Below are positions 56,912 through 59,379 of a stretch of DNA of 59,379 nucleotides, piece after piece. The translations under genes and the position numbers were made by a program. Location of the stretch: NCBI GenBank assembly GCA_026418155.1, contig JAOABV010000005.1, positions 1 through 59,379 on the forward strand. The letters run 5' to 3'. Within the stretch, counting starts at the first letter, position 1; each line of letters opens with the position of its first letter. Under the pieces are notes generated by a model that was not told the DNA's origin, searched no databases, and was given only the letters and a program-made list of their open reading frames with translations. This DNA is from a candidate division WOR-3 bacterium (GTDB lineage Bacteria > Hydrothermota > Tepidihabitantia > Tepidihabitantales > CAIPLT01).

Positions 56912-59379
56912 ATGCAAGTAAAAAATATCATTGTCCTGCTTGTCGTCATTCTAATTTTGTTTGGCGACGCACAAGCACGAAACGGTAGCATTATTAAGGA
57001 AATTACTTTTCCTGCCTATACTCTGAAAATTGAAAATATTAATAACTACGACTTAATTAGGATAAAAGGTTGCGATTTAACAATACAAGAACCTGGAAAA
57101 CCAGTTATTCCTGTTGCTAATCTTAATGTTCTGATTCCACCATCTGCTGAAATTACTAGTATTGAAATACTTGATGCAAAACAAATTGAAATTCCTGGTA
57201 AATATATTCTTTATCCTGGTCAAAATCCTTATCCTTTATCTTATCAAGGAGAAAAACCATTTGTTGCTCCTGATGCTGAAACTTATCAATTAACAACTGC
57301 CTATCCTGGATATTTAACCCAGATTATTCCCAGTGGCAATAAATCTGGTTTTAGGATTGGTGGTTTCTTTTTATATCCTTTGCAATATATTCCCAGTGAA
57401 GGAAAACTTATTCTCAATGAACGGATGACTGTGAAAATTAATTATGAAGAGAACCGATATGAAGTCTGGTCTTTAACTCAATCCCAGAAAAATCTGTTCC
57501 AATCCGATGTTAAAGATTTAGTAATCAATCCGGAAGATATTGAGAAATTCTCGCCACTGATTAAAGCCTCAGACCCAACAAATATTGATTATGTTATTTT
57601 GACATCTTCAAGTCTGGAATCAAGATTTACGCCATTAGTCAATTGGTTAAAGAAGACCGGCTATAAAACAGAAACCCGTAATGTTACTTGGGTAAATTCT
57701 AATTATCCTGGTCGTGACTTACAAGAAAAGATTCGAAATTTTATTCGTGACTATTTTACTAATTATGGTATGAAATATATCTTATTGGCTGGCGACCATT
57801 CGATTATCCCCTCGCGACAAGCCCGAGCTGTGGTTGGCAGTAATGTCGGAAATATCCCTTGTGACTTATACTATCTTGATTTGCAGTGGTCTTGGGATGG
57901 TAATAACAACAATATATTTGGTGAAGCAACTTATGATACTGTGGATTTGTATTATGACTTATATGGCGGAAGATGGCCAGTAGAAACAACGGCTGAACTT
58001 GATACTTTAATCAGAAAATTCTTTACTTATGTTAAGAATCCCAATATCGGTTATCAGAAACGAATGATGTTACCTGCTGCATATCTCTGGACCGGCTATG
58101 ACCACACAACATCGCAAAATATGATCGCAGGTTATAGTCCTGCAGATTGGACTGACCGGGTAATTGATATGGGACAAAATGATGCTTGGCGATGGGCAGT
58201 GCGCGATTCTTTAAATACTGGCTTTGGATTTCTCCATATGGTTGGTCATGGTAATGACTACGGCGTATATATCAGCGGTCCAATGTACTACTATTCTGAC
58301 CCAGCAACTCAAACCAATTACGATAAATTGACTATTGCCAACTCAATTGCTTGTTATCCCGGCAATTTTGAAACTAATGACTGTCTGGCAGAGATGATGG
58401 TATTAGCAAGAGGTAGTGCAATTGCTACAATAATGAATTCAAGATACGGTTGGGGATATACAAACCAGATTGGACCTTCAGAATTGCTGGATGTCCGTTT
58501 TTATAATTATTTCTTTTCGTATGACTCTATTCGCATTGCTAATTGTCATCAGTCATCTAAAGAATTTTATCGTAACACTGCAATGAGTCAGCAAGTCTGG
58601 CGCTGGTGCTATTATGAATTGAATCTTTTTGGTGAACCGCAGATGATGATGTGGAAAGATAATCCGCAAACAATGAGCGCCAGTTTTGCTAATCCCATTT
58701 ATACTGGTCCACAATCTTTTACTGTCACAGTTACTTCTGGAGGCTCACCAGTTGCCTCCGCAATCGTTGCGTTATGGAAAGGGACTGAAGTCTTTACCAA
58801 AGGCACGACTAATGCCAGTGGTCAAGTAACTTTATCAATCAATCCCAGTTCTACGGGTTATATGTATATTACTGTAACTGCCAAGAATAAACTACCGATT
58901 GAAGATAGCACTCAAGTTGTTGCTGCTAATCAGTTTGATGTTGGTGTAACAACCCTTCTTCAGCCCAGTGGCACAATCTCACAGAACACAGTTGTCACAC
59001 CTGCTTGTTCAGTTTATAACTATGGCAATACTAATGTCAGTTTCTTAGTAAGAATGAAGATCGGTAATTTCTATAATCAGACCGCATCAGTCTCAAACCT
59101 TGCTCCTGGTACAAAGCAATATGTGACCTTTACCAATTGGACCGCAACCCAACTGGGCACACATCCTGTTAGTTGCTCCACTGAACTTACTGGTGATATG
59201 AATCCTGCTAATGACAAACAGACCGGTTCTGTGACTGTGATTTATACGGATGTTGGTGTAACAACCCTTCTTCAGCCCAGTGGCACAATCTCACAGAACA
59301 CAGTTGTCACACCTGCTTGTTCAGTTTATAACTATGGCAATACTAATGTCAGTTTCTTAGTAAGAATGAAGATCGGTAA
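56912..59379 (+). CDS. Gingipain-like peptidase C25 with C-terminal CARDB-like repeats (3' partial, runs off the window)
   Basis: Not in the ORF track because it is open-ended. AAGGAGG RBS, a signal peptide, YILLAGDHSIIP, catalytic-type HMVGHGN and SIACYPGNF. Two 104-aa repeats follow. Confidence 0.8.
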   Translation, partial: MQVKNIIVLLVVILILFGDAQARNGSIIKEITFPAYTLKIENINNYDLIRIKGCDLTIQEPGKPVIPVANLNVLIPPSAEITSIEILDAKQIEIPGKYILYPGQNPYPLSYQGEKPFVAPDAETYQLTTAYPGYLTQIIPSGNKSGFRIGGFFLYPLQYIPSEGKLILNERMTVKINYEENRYEVWSLTQSQKNLFQSDVKDLVINPEDIEKFSPLIKASDPTNIDYVILTSSSLESRFTPLVNWLKKTGYKTETRNVTWVNSNYPGRDLQEKIRNFIRDYFTNYGMKYILLAGDHSIIPSRQARAVVGSNVGNIPCDLYYLDLQWSWDGNNNNIFGEATYDTVDLYYDLYGGRWPVETTAELDTLIRKFFTYVKNPNIGYQKRMMLPAAYLWTGYDHTTSQNMIAGYSPADWTDRVIDMGQNDAWRWAVRDSLNTGFGFLHMVGHGNDYGVYISGPMYYYSDPATQTNYDKLTIANSIACYPGNFETNDCLAEMMVLARGSAIATIMNSRYGWGYTNQIGPSELLDVRFYNYFFSYDSIRIANCHQSSKEFYRNTAMSQQVWRWCYYELNLFGEPQMMMWKDNPQTMSASFANPIYTGPQSFTVTVTSGGSPVASAIVALWKGTEVFTKGTTNASGQVTLSINPSSTGYMYITVTAKNKLPIEDSTQVVAANQFDVGVTTLLQPSGTISQNTVVTPACSVYNYGNTNVSFLVRMKIGNFYNQTASVSNLAPGTKQYVTFTNWTATQLGTHPVSCSTELTGDMNPANDKQTGSVTVIYTDVGVTTLLQPSGTISQNTVVTPACSVYNYGNTNVSFLVRMKIG
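58937..59379 (+). repeat. 312-nt-period repeat within the C25 gene; the last 131 nt of the window exactly match 58937-59067
   Basis: gatgttggtgtaacaacccttcttcagcccagtggc...aagatcggtaa is identical at 58937 and 59249. Confidence 0.9.

Overview
AT-rich 59.4-kb bacterial chromosomal window in the standard code, mostly housekeeping genes. They include ptsI, a PGI/PMI isomerase, a sugar nucleotidyltransferase, tgt, a nucleotide-sugar dehydrogenase, a PurS-PurS-PurL fusion and recF-DUF721. Also present are ddl, cca, livHMGF, nrdR-nrdD, comF, lgt, an rplM-rpsI-rpsB-tsf-frr-uppS-cdsA block, tRNA-Arg(CCG), a DinG-like helicase and an acyl-CoA/methylmalonyl-CoA cluster. Secreted proteins with T9SS/FlgD-Ig-type C-terminal domains and a gingipain-like C25 protease suggest, by inference only, an uncultivated FCB-superphylum-like lineage. 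Three things stand out. (1) Short tandem duplications sit exactly on gene boundaries. The 5' ends of ptsI, the nucleotidyltransferase gene, tgt and the DUF721 gene are repeated 2-5+ times head-to-tail, creating chains of mini-ORFs, some overlapping the next start codon. The 3' ends of nrdD, purL, tsf and the HU gene, and the livM/livG junction, are duplicated in the same way. Smaller 7-27 nt repeats lie inside 5' coding regions and a divergent promoter. (2) An accessory, decay-rich island (about 6.1-11.4 kb) lies between tgt and the sugar dehydrogenase. It carries a three-gene operon whose large product looks like a PUA/EVE-like domain fused to a PD-(D/E)xK (NucS/RecB/Shedu-like) nuclease. This is a candidate modification-dependent restriction or defence module, and a large SEC-C-motif protein lies next to it. 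(3) Several dispersed non-coding element families occur. One is a GC-rich ~240-nt element in two inverted copies. Another is a ~50-nt motif upstream of five operons. There are also repeated pseudo-coding fragments. All domain calls come from reading the translations by eye; no searches were run.
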